Assembly (NCBI GenBank): GCA_024704765.1
Contig: JAKMXF010000222.1
Coordinates: 372,001-436,000, forward strand
Length of the DNA stretch: 64,000 nt
Direction: 5' to 3'
DNA from: Oopsacas minuta
Taxonomy: Eukaryota > Animalia > Porifera
The stretch's first letter is position 1; the number at the start of each line of letters is the position of its first letter. The notes under the pieces are model-generated. The model was not told where the DNA came from and ran no database searches. It saw nothing but the letters and a program-made list of their open reading frames with translations. Both the position numbers and the translations under genes were made by a program. This document shows, piece by piece, positions 36,785-48,173 of this stretch.

Positions 36785-37393
36785 ACTCAGTAATGACAGT
36801 AAACAATAGCCTAAAAACTGTATAGCAGGAGCACTATGTACCATGCACATGCTAAGTGAAAGAATGTAAGCTTGTGCCAAACAAACCTAAACAATAATTT
36901 AAGGAATTCTTATAATTATTCCTCACTAATGCACTGATGGTACGAATTTACAAGAAAAATATGTGTATAATGTTATCTAAATGAGAAAATTGCCAAGATT
37001 CAAGAAAATATTGAAGTTATTACTCTTAAACTTAAGCATGAGTCTACCTGTGTTAGATATCCAACAAGACATGAACTAGTTCAAGGTTATGTAATGGCAA
37101 TAAGGTTACCTATCGCGAAGCGATAAAGCCAAAGCCTCAAAATTTGAAATTTCAGATCCAACGTATTTCATTCAACAAAAGTAATCGAAGTGTCATAATA
37201 AAAACACACACATTACAACAGTGTATTAAAATATAAATAAGATTTTTGCAGGATAATTTTACTAAGAATAATTAGAATTAAGTCTCCACACATAAATACA
37301 CGGTATGCAAACAAAATGCGTAAAATTTATATTATTAATTAATTAAGTGAACAAGTTAATGGAATGCAACTAAATTCTTGAATTGTAGTATTG

Positions 37394-40300
37394 TTAATAT
37401 TGTTTTTTCAGCCAAATCTTCCCGATACTCGCTTCAATATTCATGGGACTGATAGATAGTAACTTATCTCTTGCCCCTGCATCTTGTATAAGTTTATTCC
37501 AAGTAGGATTTCTCTTCAATGAATCTACATCTCCTACGATATACAGTGCGTTTTTAGCTCGAGTGAGCGCTACATTTATTCGCTTAGGGTTGGAAAGGAA
37601 ACCAATAGTGCCAGTTTTAGATTTCGAACGTACACATGAGATAATAATAATATCCTTTTCTTTTCCTTGGAAACCGTCTACAGATTTTATCTCAATGTTT
37701 TCTGAAAATTTTGAAATATATTTAGCGAGTTCTCTCAATTGTGCTTGATATGGAGTAATTATACCGATTGAAGCAGGGTCAAATTTGGTACGAAGTTCGC
37801 GGACTAATGCAACCACGAATTCTATTTCCTTCATATTGACAATCTGTCCAGGTTTGTTTGAGATTTCTTGTCCGTAGAAGATATGGAAAAGAAGATACGG
37901 ATTCAAAATATTCTCTGACTTCAATTTTATGTCGTGACAAGTGTGTAATTGTCCTTGATAAAATGTCTTATTGGGAAAATGGCAAATCTCTGGATGCATT
38001 CTATACTGTGTATCGAGCCTCATGATAGGATTATCATAGTCACAATCTTCATTGAAAAATAAATGAAAACGTTCGAACAAACTCCTGCCGTAACCATTAC
38101 CCTGCAGGAGTGGAGATTTAATGACAGCAGGCAATTGATTAGGATCTCCTACAAGTACAAGTTTAGTTATCATAAACTGCAGTGGGATAAGGATATCCAG
38201 TTCACTACACTGTGTAGCTTCATCTACAATGACACAACTGAAATGCATTGGTGTATTGTGATTCTCCTTGAACATTTCTTCCATCATTGAAATACCAGAA
38301 CTGCTTAAAGTCGTTAGGATTAGATTAGCATTCGATAAGAGATTCTCTTTCACCTGCATATCTGTTACTTTAGATTTATAGATTTGATTTTGTAGTCTTG
38401 AAATCTCTCTTAATGCGTTTTGTAATTTAGTCTTTGCCTTAGCTAAAGCTGATACTGTATCTTCTCTATCAGCACGTACTGCTAGAGAATTACCCATATT
38501 CTCAATATGAAGCTTCAAACATTCAAGTTGATTTTCAAGATTTTCCAATTCTATATCTAACTTACTTTTCAATATTTCATGTTCCCTCAAATCATCAGTC
38601 AGCTTTGTAGTACATTGTAGCTTTACACTGGATGTAAGATTGTCTATGTGATAAGGTTTAACCTTAGAATGTAGTAGATCTAACTGTCCTAACCGTATAA
38701 GAGTTAGTTTACCTTCATCTCCTCTGTTCACCTCTTCATGAGAAGATTTGTGTATAACATTAATACCGTAATTACGCTGAATAGATTGCATGGATTTTCC
38801 GATTTTATCGTGTGTATTGATGAGATCCATATGTGATAGTTTTAATGCCAATTCATCAGCTGATGCATTGGAGGGAGTACATAACAGAATATGGTGTTTC
38901 AAACGGTCAGTAGAAATAGTTTTAAGAATCGTCTGTATGAAACCAGTTATTGTATGTGATTTCCCGCATCCAGGTGGACCTAAGAGTAAAGCAATTCTTG
39001 GACAGGCTAGAGGCTCTGAGACCATGGATGTTACTCTAGTTATAGCGTGCTTCTGACTTTCATTGAATAAATCTTCATTTGGTATACGTATTTTAACAAC
39101 GGAGGAATTATGTGGTGGATCACATACCCTCTGGGAAGGAGATAGGATATGTTGACAGATTGTGTTCTTATACAAAGAAATAAGACCTCTCCATTGTCTG
39201 TTGTATGTTGTGAGGGAGATGAGAGGCTTGATTGATAGCTTGGAAAATTTTGATATCACATGACGTGTATCGTACTTTATACTTAGTGTAACTTTTGAAA
39301 CTGTTCGCTTCCCGCGTGAAAACAAATTAGAATCAGTTTCTATTTGGTCTGTCTTCTCCGCACGAGTCTTAGTGATATATCCGAACAACATGATGTCATT
39401 ATTGATTGGATCAGGTGGTCTTGATTTAATCTTCATAAGCACCAAATCTTGCTCTTTAATAAACTCATTTATTGGTGAATCATTTTCAGGAGTAGAGTTA
39501 GTGAATTCTACTATTACAGGTCTGTTATCTTCCTTATGTGTACATGGTTTATCAGCTATAAACTCGGTATAAGGTACAGATTCTATCCTCTCTATCTCTT
39601 CATCAAGATTACAAGATATTTCATGGAGAAGACAGTTTGTTAATAATTGTTTGTATTCGTCATAACTCCTGTAGGACAGGGGAAGAGGGGAGGGAGATGA
39701 AATAGGGGGCATACCTCTCGGTTCGCTACCGTCTCTTAGAAATATACCCGGTGACCAAGAAAGGATGTTATCAATATGCTCATCTGGATTAATTTTACTT
39801 GTAGGCTTAGATACTATTGGATTGCTATGTTGAATATATGTGCGCTTTTTGGCAGTGGTAGCAAGAATTGGACTGTGGATATTCGGGGAATGAGATGTAG
39901 TCTTTATCCTTGTACAAGGTTGTATAGTGCGCTTGGCTTTGTCGTTCAGACGTGTAATCTCACCAGGACTGATAGATTCTAATTCTGGGAGATCTAATGA
40001 TATGTTGTGTAGGTATTGATGACTGTTAGGGGAGGTTGGATGAGATTTATCAAGTACTTTCAAATCTGTATTTTTGTAGAGAGTATCAGGTTTTGAGTAT
40101 TCGACACTCAGTTCCGTTGGAGAGTCAGTGAGTGTGGTGAGGCGAGACCTTGAGAAAGGAGGTCGCATTGTAGTGACATTTGTTTTCTTTCGTTTTACAA
40201 CAGGATTTGGAATAGGATTAGGTTTTTGGTTAGATTTTTGTCTTACTCTTTTTGGGATAGGTATTCGAGATTCCTCTTCTTCATCTAGAGATAGATGGGA

Positions 40301-42685
40301 AATAAACAGATCATCTCTTACCCTCTCAATGGTTAGAGGAGATAGAAAAGATTGGTTCGCTTCATTCTTTCCTCCACCAACATTGTTATTATTAATATTA
40401 TTCGTATTTGTATTAGGTATATCTAATACTCTAGCAGTTGATTTATCAACAAATTGTGGTTCAGTTGGAGAAGATTGTTTGATAAACGATAAATTGAAAA
40501 GTTGAGTTTCTGTGTTCGAAATCTCTTTATCAACATTACGTAGTAGCTTCAATACCGGGGTACTAGTCTTAGTTGTATGAGATATTTTAGGTTTGTTGTT
40601 TGTACCAGTAAAATGAGACTGAATTACATATTTCTTTAAGTTCGAAATTCTCTCAGGTTTTCTTTGCAAAAGTTTCAAATCAATTCTAATTTTCAAAGAT
40701 AACTTTTCAGGTTTACAGGAATCACTTGTTAAATGTTTTCGTTTCCGAAGAAAACCATTTTCGTCATCTTTCATATGTCTATCCAATTGGTTCATACTGT
40801 GCTTAACGTGAGCTGTAGATATTTCAACAGGAAATGCTTCTACAGTTTCAGTTGTTTGGTAATCTGTTTGAATTACAGCAGTTTCCTTGTTAGGTTGACT
40901 CGTATTGTGAACAGATACAGAGGAATTGGCTGGTGCAATACGAGCTGGACTATGGATACTATCATTACAATCTGGTACAGTTGTATCTGGTGAAGTAACT
41001 GACACGTTTTCCACATTTAAATTCGTTACTTCTCTAGGATAAACATGATCAACACGTGTCGCATTATCATCCATACATTCCTTCTCACCATCTCTGTTGT
41101 CAGAGCTAGAACTCCCTGTTGATGAAACATGTAATCTGTTTGTTTTAGAAATATCACTAGATTTGTATTGGTAATACATCCCTGTAACATCTGGCTGTGC
41201 ATCATCTATTGCATCTTCATCATCTCTTAGGTCGATTAATATAGATGTCCTAATGTTTTCCTGTTCATGATATTCTTTGAGGGCTTGCAGGATAGAAATT
41301 ACTTTCATACCAACTTTGTTTATCGGCTGTTTCTGTCTACAAATATCTACAATACTAGCAGCACACGGTAGTGAATACTCAAGCCCTGAATTGAATATTT
41401 TCACTATTAACTCGTGCCATAGACGGAATACATTTATTTCTGGCGATAAGCCCGGCAATGAGGTTGATATATTGAAACGTTTGTGGCGTTGAAAGTATCT
41501 GAAATTGAGTTGAGAATGTACTGTAGTAGATTGTTGAGTTGAAAAAGCAGTACTAATAGCCTTGAAGAGAGGCAGCCAATCTTCCTTAGTGTTGAGAACT
41601 AGTTCAAGGAGATTATCACTGAATGCTTTCAATAATATCTTAGAAAATAACACAGCAGAGGCGCTAGCTAGTGACGAGCTAGATTGGAAATTAGGCGTTG
41701 GAAATGTTTCAATTAAAATATCCACAAACGTAAGGTCTGTGTATTTATGGTTAGGATTTGAGCTGGCCTGATTAGATAGGTATGTTAGCCATTTGAATAG
41801 GATCTTAGTATGTTTTATAGGAGTTTGTGAGCGGGTTATGCTAGAGAAGTATGGCTCACACCAGGAGAATATGACGTCACAAAGAGGTGAGGTCTCTGTT
41901 AAGCTCCATTCCTCAAGACAAGCGAGTAGACACGGAGAAATTATTAGGTTTGTAATAAGAGATAATTCGTCTGTGTATTTCCATATATGGAGCCCGAGTT
42001 TCGCGAATATCGTGAGAAGACAGAGAATGAGTGAAGAGTAAGTATTCGCGTGTTTGAGTGTCAAAGAATGTATAATATAATCTAGCAATACATTTCCATT
42101 TCGATTAGAGTTGAGTAGAAGAATTAGAGCTTCAGAAGTGAGGAGCTGTAGAATACCAGCTAGTGATGTGAAGAATTGAGAATTTTGTTCTTCTTCATCA
42201 AGTTTTGAAGAAGATAAGAATTCTCTAATCACAGATTGATGCACAAAGGCACCAGTAATACATTTTGAAGTGTGTAAATATGTAAATACAATTTCTAACG
42301 TAAATCTGAAACAAGATAGATTGGCAGTAGTAATGACATTATCGTAAGAAGAAAATGAATTCTGAATCCATTCAGTTGTGGAAGGGTTGGGGGAAAATTG
42401 AAGGAATAGCATGCCAGGATGAAAGACAGGGTCTAACGAACGTAATGAGCTATTCTCTAGTAATGTTGTAGTTGAAGAATTGTCTCTATCAGGTATACAG
42501 AGGGAATATTTATGTTCAAGAAGTCTGAGAACTTTCAGAGGAACATTGGAGTGAGTAAACTGTTCAGGAGTTTGAAAGAGGTAAAGCAAACTTGAAATGT
42601 AAATTGATTCCTCTTTGAGAGTGAAGAGAGGACTGAGTTGTGTTAGCTCAAGGATTATTGAAGTGAGATCAGTTTGCATTTCCAT
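37394..42685 (-). CDS. SETX: Senataxin/Sen1-like SF1 RNA-DNA helicase
   Basis: GPPGCGKS, DEATQ, VGDPNQLP, QYRMHPEI, SVDGFQGKEKD and RINVALTRAK motifs; helical N-terminus and disordered middle; 1763 aa in a single exon. Confidence 0.88.
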   Translation of the reverse strand: MEMQTDLTSIILELTQLSPLFTLKEESIYISSLLYLFQTPEQFTHSNVPLKVLRLLEHKYSLCIPDRDNSSTTTLLENSSLRSLDPVFHPGMLFLQFSPNPSTTEWIQNSFSSYDNVITTANLSCFRFTLEIVFTYLHTSKCITGAFVHQSVIREFLSSSKLDEEEQNSQFFTSLAGILQLLTSEALILLLNSNRNGNVLLDYIIHSLTLKHANTYSSLILCLLTIFAKLGLHIWKYTDELSLITNLIISPCLLACLEEWSLTETSPLCDVIFSWCEPYFSSITRSQTPIKHTKILFKWLTYLSNQASSNPNHKYTDLTFVDILIETFPTPNFQSSSSLASASAVLFSKILLKAFSDNLLELVLNTKEDWLPLFKAISTAFSTQQSTTVHSQLNFRYFQRHKRFNISTSLPGLSPEINVFRLWHELIVKIFNSGLEYSLPCAASIVDICRQKQPINKVGMKVISILQALKEYHEQENIRTSILIDLRDDEDAIDDAQPDVTGMYYQYKSSDISKTNRLHVSSTGSSSSDNRDGEKECMDDNATRVDHVYPREVTNLNVENVSVTSPDTTVPDCNDSIHSPARIAPANSSVSVHNTSQPNKETAVIQTDYQTTETVEAFPVEISTAHVKHSMNQLDRHMKDDENGFLRKRKHLTSDSCKPEKLSLKIRIDLKLLQRKPERISNLKKYVIQSHFTGTNNKPKISHTTKTSTPVLKLLRNVDKEISNTETQLFNLSFIKQSSPTEPQFVDKSTARVLDIPNTNTNNINNNNVGGGKNEANQSFLSPLTIERVRDDLFISHLSLDEEEESRIPIPKRVRQKSNQKPNPIPNPVVKRKKTNVTTMRPPFSRSRLTTLTDSPTELSVEYSKPDTLYKNTDLKVLDKSHPTSPNSHQYLHNISLDLPELESISPGEITRLNDKAKRTIQPCTRIKTTSHSPNIHSPILATTAKKRTYIQHSNPIVSKPTSKINPDEHIDNILSWSPGIFLRDGSEPRGMPPISSPSPLPLSYRSYDEYKQLLTNCLLHEISCNLDEEIERIESVPYTEFIADKPCTHKEDNRPVIVEFTNSTPENDSPINEFIKEQDLVLMKIKSRPPDPINNDIMLFGYITKTRAEKTDQIETDSNLFSRGKRTVSKVTLSIKYDTRHVISKFSKLSIKPLISLTTYNRQWRGLISLYKNTICQHILSPSQRVCDPPHNSSVVKIRIPNEDLFNESQKHAITRVTSMVSEPLACPRIALLLGPPGCGKSHTITGFIQTILKTISTDRLKHHILLCTPSNASADELALKLSHMDLINTHDKIGKSMQSIQRNYGINVIHKSSHEEVNRGDEGKLTLIRLGQLDLLHSKVKPYHIDNLTSSVKLQCTTKLTDDLREHEILKSKLDIELENLENQLECLKLHIENMGNSLAVRADREDTVSALAKAKTKLQNALREISRLQNQIYKSKVTDMQVKENLLSNANLILTTLSSSGISMMEEMFKENHNTPMHFSCVIVDEATQCSELDILIPLQFMITKLVLVGDPNQLPAVIKSPLLQGNGYGRSLFERFHLFFNEDCDYDNPIMRLDTQYRMHPEICHFPNKTFYQGQLHTCHDIKLKSENILNPYLLFHIFYGQEISNKPGQIVNMKEIEFVVALVRELRTKFDPASIGIITPYQAQLRELAKYISKFSENIEIKSVDGFQGKEKDIIIISCVRSKSKTGTIGFLSNPKRINVALTRAKNALYIVGDVDSLKRNPTWNKLIQDAGARDKLLSISPMNIEASIGKIWLKKQY

Positions 42686-45176
42686 TCAAAATATGTTGCT
42701 ATAGTAATTTGTCCTGAAATATTATGGGGTATGGATCTGGGAAATTGGTCCCGAAAATTTGGTGAGAGGCATACATTAAAATTATATGTCTAGAGTGCCG
42801 TGCTCCCCATTCTTATGGCACTAGCGTTTTAGGGCTCCTTGGATCTCACAAAACTCTAGCGGTATAGGTAGGACATTAGTATCGTGATCTATTTTTGACG
42901 ATTGAAGGATGATCACTGATCATTTAATGAACAGTGATTGATAATCGAATGGAAGATTGCACTCATTCTTTCCTGAAAAATTGTATATCAAAATGTATGT
43001 AGTATTAATTTTCATGGCAATCAGGCTGGTAGTGGTCGCGTGGACGGACCGGTGGAGGCAAGTAATAGAGCATCTCCCTATAGGAAGTGCTTATAAATTT
43101 CAGAAAAGTGAGAGGAAAAATGATTGTGAACGTGATAGCGATACTTTTTAGGGAAAGAATTGGGATCACGAATTCCAATCTTATTTAACGAACGAGTATG
43201 ATAATTAATTTAGTGATCTACTAATGGCCTAGATAGAGATCAGTCCAGTGATTAGGCCCTATTCGAAGGGTCACCAGTATAAAACATATATGCTCAAGCC
43301 CATAGTTCTTATAGAGTTCTTGCTAGTTGACCCAGATTCTTTCCTTGTATTCGTTATAACGCGCTCTGTTTTCTCAGAGTAACTCTCTTGGACATTGATT
43401 CAGTCTGTTGAATTGGTTTATGGCTATGATCATACGTTCTCTTACACTTAGAGTATCTTCCTTGTGTGTTGTTGAGATTTACTGGATTGGTCATCAGCTT
43501 CTTCAGATGTTGTCTGAAAGCCAAACTGAACCAGAGGATCTATTTTCGAGATCACATAAATATCTCGGCAAGACCCAGGAGCAAGCCTGTCGCTAAAAAC
43601 ATGAAACTCCTGAGAAAAAATACAAGATTAAGTATTCGTTTGTAGGTATACTGTTTACAAATAAGTAATTTGTCTAGGGCGAGCTAATATCTAAGACGTG
43701 ACGTGATGTGACGGTCCCAGAATATGCAGATGCCTACTATTGTATACGAGAAGTGACGTTATGGTAGCCGCCTAAGTCCTAAATACATAAACCCAAGTAG
43801 TATAACAATATACTTTATGTATTCTGTGTTAGTCCTACTTCCAGGGATCATAAAGCTAGTAAGTGAAATATTCTGAGGCTTGTGTAAGTGCATGAGGGTG
43901 GGGTGGCCTGATAACCAATACAGTAAAACGTTTGGGCTGACGAGTCATCTATGGCGGATTATAGCTTGTGTGAAAATTGAAATAGGTCTATTTCATTGGA
44001 TTGGTTTCCAATATGCTAGCGATATATATACTGACCTCAAGGACCCATAAATGCTTGAGTTTTAGCTCCCAAGAAATGCGATCACACCGGAAGCAAGCAA
44101 AACACTCTGGAGTCCAGAAGCTCCAAAAAAATAGGCTGCAGCGATTTATCCATAAACATATAGTATACACTTTGGGAGGTTATTATAGCGTCACGTACCG
44201 AAATTAGGTACGCCTTGTCCATGTATTCCTGTTCCTGCATAGCTAGAAATTAAGTGCACAGAAACTCGGAGACGGGGATCCAAAGGCATTAGCGATTTCG
44301 CCCCTCTATCCCTAATCGGTATTCAAGGGTCTCTAAAACGAGCTAACACCGAGGGTAAAAAACGGTACAACTATAGTATTGTACCGGAAGGTGATTCCCT
44401 TTTAATCGACACTAGGGGTTGTTTTGAAGTCATAGAACTCGTCGAATAATGAACAGGGAACTTTAGAACACTAAAATCGGACTAAATTTGACAAAGTTAT
44501 AATCATTTTACTATATAAGCCAAAGTCTAATGGGGATATATTGCAATAACTGAATGTAGCCAATTTATACGCTATATGTTTGTTTGTATTCACTTTGCTT
44601 ATGCATACTACTCTCACACGTTCAGCATTTCTATGAGTTTGTATTTTATGTTTAACAGGTGTAAAATCTTATGGATTACTGTTTGCATTATAACAAATCC
44701 GAGTACGCGTCCAGTAATATTTGTCCGAAAAATGAAGTGGGGGACGCTCATAAACCTATTAATAGGCCTGGGCATTCCGCATGGGCCTCCAGCACACTCC
44801 TGATACTATACTACGTCCATGACTAATCACTATAGTCAAGGGAAGTACGCATATCTTAAGCACGCACTCTTTCAAAATTAACCCTTAGATATGCAACATA
44901 TTTATATTTACGCAACAACTACATTTATCTAGGTTTTAGTTTAAGGCTAATAAATTGGGTCTATATTCTTAGCAACATATTTTGCTACATAAAAAACAAC
45001 TTAATAAATAGTGAATTAACCCTTGTGAAAGTGTTCAGATTATTGAGTGACTGGATGTACTGTAGTGGTTACAATTCGGATTATAAGTGGGACCTAGTAC
45101 ACTATGACTTTATTGATGTATATATTACCAACATTCTAAGAAAATATTTATTATGATGAAGTTTACAGATAATGAT

Positions 45177-46103
45177 TTATATTACTGGATATAAATCTCT
45201 AATTCCTCTTAGAATAAATCCAAAAATATTTTTCTTATGTCTCCTCCGCCAACAAGCCTCTATGAGATGGGTCTCAAGTAATTCAGGATTTGTTGTCTGT
45301 CCTTTTTTCTGCCTCTTTTTTACACCTCCCCAACTCCCTTCTATCTTCTGGGTGTGTACATGAGTCACTGGGTCTACGAAAATCTCGGAATGGTTAACTG
45401 TGTAATGGGTATATCCGGAGTGACTTAATATATTGTAGGAAGCCCACTCATCAGAATAAATTATTGTTTGTGGATGAATGAACCTTTGGATAATTGGCAG
45501 AAGAGTGGCTGTTGAGCGATCAGGTACAGTAACCATAATTATATCATCTGTATCCCTCTCAACCATCCCAAATACCCACTGGCCAGTTAACAGTCTGCCT
45601 CTATTATATTTTCGTTTGCCGAATTTGGATTCGTCTATCTCAACGATCTTGCCAGGACCTCCAATGGGTTGAGGGTTCATTAATATTTCTTCCAAACAAA
45701 TATCCCTCAAATAATTCTTCCAATCAACCACTGTGTTCGGACTCCATCCCAAATGCTTCTCCAAAAATGCATGCGATTGCAAGTCCTCACTCCAATAGTA
45801 CAGGAACTTGAACATCAATGGGAGTGGAATTTTGGATGGTGTGAAGAAGGACCCATGGCGGATCGAACACTCTCGTCTACATGGACTACATCTCCATTCA
45901 TAGCCATCCTGAAAGTGAGAAGAATGTGTTTCATACATTTCTACTCCACAACAACACCGCATTCGACGCGCTAATAAGCCATACGTTCTTAACCAGTTTA
46001 CGACATTATCACAACACTGTGCAAGAATAATAATGTCATCAATAATCAAATCCTGCGGGATTTCACTGAAGACAGTGGGCTCAAGTATTGGCTGAAAATC
46101 CAT
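45177..46103 (-). CDS. Merlin/ISXO2-like DDE transposase
   Basis: Zn-ribbon (CCCG...WRCSPC), VEIDESKFGKRKYNRGR, WVFGMVER, IYSDEWASY and VNHSEIFVDP..HTQKIEGSW; uninterrupted ORF, first ATG at 46103. Confidence 0.93.
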   Translation of the reverse strand: MDFQPILEPTVFSEIPQDLIIDDIIILAQCCDNVVNWLRTYGLLARRMRCCCGVEMYETHSSHFQDGYEWRCSPCRRECSIRHGSFFTPSKIPLPLMFKFLYYWSEDLQSHAFLEKHLGWSPNTVVDWKNYLRDICLEEILMNPQPIGGPGKIVEIDESKFGKRKYNRGRLLTGQWVFGMVERDTDDIIMVTVPDRSTATLLPIIQRFIHPQTIIYSDEWASYNILSHSGYTHYTVNHSEIFVDPVTHVHTQKIEGSWGGVKKRQKKGQTTNPELLETHLIEACWRRRHKKNIFGFILRGIRDLYPVI

Positions 46104-46156
46104 TGGTTGTAATAACAATGCGTAGAATATTATATGTGCAACAATTACTTGTTATA

Positions 46157-46557
46157 CACGTTTTTTTTTTATAAGGAACCCTAATTCAAACTTCAGGCTG
46201 AAGTTCCTTATTTTTTTTGCCAATTTCAGCCTCAAAGTTCCTTATCGGTTCCTTATTTTCTCGGCTCGAAATATTGCTTAGAAAATGGGTGGTTTATTGG
46301 AAAGATCCAATATTTTAACAGTAGGCTTGATGAGTTTAAAGTAGTATTTGAAGATGATTCAATTGATTATATATCAAAGGAAGATATAGACGATGTTGAA
46401 ATATTCTTGATAAATTAATAAATGATGCTATGATAGGTATATTATTTATGGGTTTTATAATCTCAGGCTGGGCAGTTCCTTAAGAGTTCCTTAATTTTTT
46501 GCCAATTCTCAGCCTGGAGTTCCTTATAAAGGTGTTCCTTATAAAAAAAACAACGTG
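46157..46557. mobile_element. Tc1/pogo-type MITE nested in the Merlin element
   Basis: TA|CACGTTTTTTTTTTATAAGGAAC ... GTTCCTTATAAAAAAAACAACGTG|TA, with repeated AGTTCCTTA motifs. Confidence 0.8.
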
Positions 46558-47316
46558 TAGTTAGGTATTTAGAATATTAGTCTTCTTATGTATTCTAAAA
46601 GTGGCTTCATTAATCATAAACGTAGTTTAGTCCGTTTCATGACCTCTCATTTGTAAAACATCATAGGAAATAACATAAAATACAAACTCATAGAAATGCT
46701 GAACGTATGAGAGTATGCATAAGCAAAGTGAATACAAACAAACATATAGCGTATAAATTGGCTACATTCAGTTATTGCAATATATCCCCATAGACTTTGG
46801 CTTATATAGTAAAATGATTATAACTTTGTCAAATTTAGTCCGATTTTAGTGTTCTAAAGTTCCCTGTTCATTATTCGACGAGTTCTATGACTTCAAAACA
46901 ACCCCTAGTGTCGATTAAAAGGGAATCACCTTCCGGTACAATACTATAGTTGTACCAAAAAATACCACACAAGAAGCAAGCAGAAACACTCTGGAACATC
47001 TTGAGAATCCATACAGTCTGAATCAACAGCTGGAGGCGTCTTACCCATTACAAACATATAGTGATACACTTTTGGATAAGTATTTGAGCTGTTAATACGT
47101 CACGTCACGTCCCAGAAATCCGGGACCCAAACTTTCTTTGCTGATTATCATTCAGTACTAACAAGGAAGAATAAGAAGGGTTTACATTTAGAATTGAATG
47201 GGTTAATTTCCTAATATTTACTTTGAAGGTGTTGCGAAGGCTCAGAGTCAGAAATTTGGAATGATGTCCATGGTTCAATTCTTCAGAATTCAAGAATATT
47301 CTGAAACAAAAACAAA

Positions 47317-47389
47317 CGCCCGATGTGGGGCTCGAACCCACGACCCTGAGGTTAAGAGCCTCATGCTCTACCGACTGAGCTAACCGGGC
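47317..47389 (-). tRNA. tRNA-Lys(CTT)
   Basis: GCCCGGTTAGCTCAGTCGGTAGAGCATGAGGCTCTTAACCTCAGGGTCGTGGGTTCGAGCCCCACATCGGGCG: 73 nt, all stems pair, anticodon CTT. Confidence 0.97.
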
Positions 47390-47476
47390 GATAATTTTTA
47401 AAGATTATGTAATTAAATTTTAATTCATATTAGTCTCGCACAGTCAGAGCTTATACACTCACTTATACTGACTTAT

Positions 47477-47613
47477 CAGTGTTTCTTTCAGGATTTTATG
47501 TAAGGGGGGGCAAAGGAAGGTTTGTAGGACTATAGTGGGGGCATGACCCCTAAGAAATGACATTTAGGCATTTCCAAGGGGGAGCAAATGCCCCCCCCCT
47601 GAATGAAACCCTG
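47477..47613. mobile_element. Degenerate hAT-like MITE
   Basis: TIRs CAGTGTTTCTTTCAGG / CCTGAATGAAACCCTG (14/16 match); no clean TSD. Confidence 0.55.
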
Positions 47614-47823
47614 CTTATGGGAGCAGTACATAGTTTTCAAGTCTCATCGATCTGGAATGCGTCTCTCAGATTTCAAGTGAGTCTCACTTTAATGATATCT
47701 ATTGAATTAATGTATCAGTGACTCGACCTTACAGTATATTAATTTATTAGACTTGAAGTATCCATGCTACAGGAAAATATGGTAAGTGAACAGGTTATAG
47801 TTACGCAGGCTGTGAGGGAGACC

Positions 47824-48173
47824 TGTTTCGTGCCTGAGTGGATGTGTCGCGTGCTGGATTGAGTCAACTGTATAGTGAACCATGGATATTTATCTACCGT
47901 ACCAGATTGAGTCATTTGCATTGATGCTATAATAACTATGTTCAATCGCCCAGGAATTCATAATAATAGGAATGATTAGTTATCAGCGCATTCAGCGGCT
48001 AGTTCTGAGATTGTAAATATCATATACATAATTATAGCATAAATTCATACTAATCAAATTCTGACTCAAAATAAGCAAATCTCATAGTACTCAATCTGAT
48101 ACGGTAGTTGTATATCCATGGTTAACTAACACATTTGACTCAATCCAGTACGCGCTCAGCCTGGCACGAAACA
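47824..48173. mobile_element. Long-arm inverted-repeat (foldback/MITE-like) element
   Basis: Arms 47824-47912 and 48089-48173 are degenerate reverse complements (TGTTTCGTGCC...CTGGATTGAGTCAA...AACCATGGATAT...CAGATTGAGT). Confidence 0.7.

Larger units (their letters stand above)
44364..46956 (-). mobile_element. Merlin-superfamily (IS1595/IS1016-like) DNA transposon with ~285-bp TIRs
   Basis: Arms 44364-44652 and 46672-46956 are reverse complements apart from 4 nt of indels and about 1 substitution. They start GG/end CC and flank a transposase ORF. The TSD was not resolved. Confidence 0.88.

Noticed and set aside
43200-43600. Coding-like composition upstream of SETX
   Set aside because: Stops in the frames examined and no recognisable domain; it cannot be assigned.
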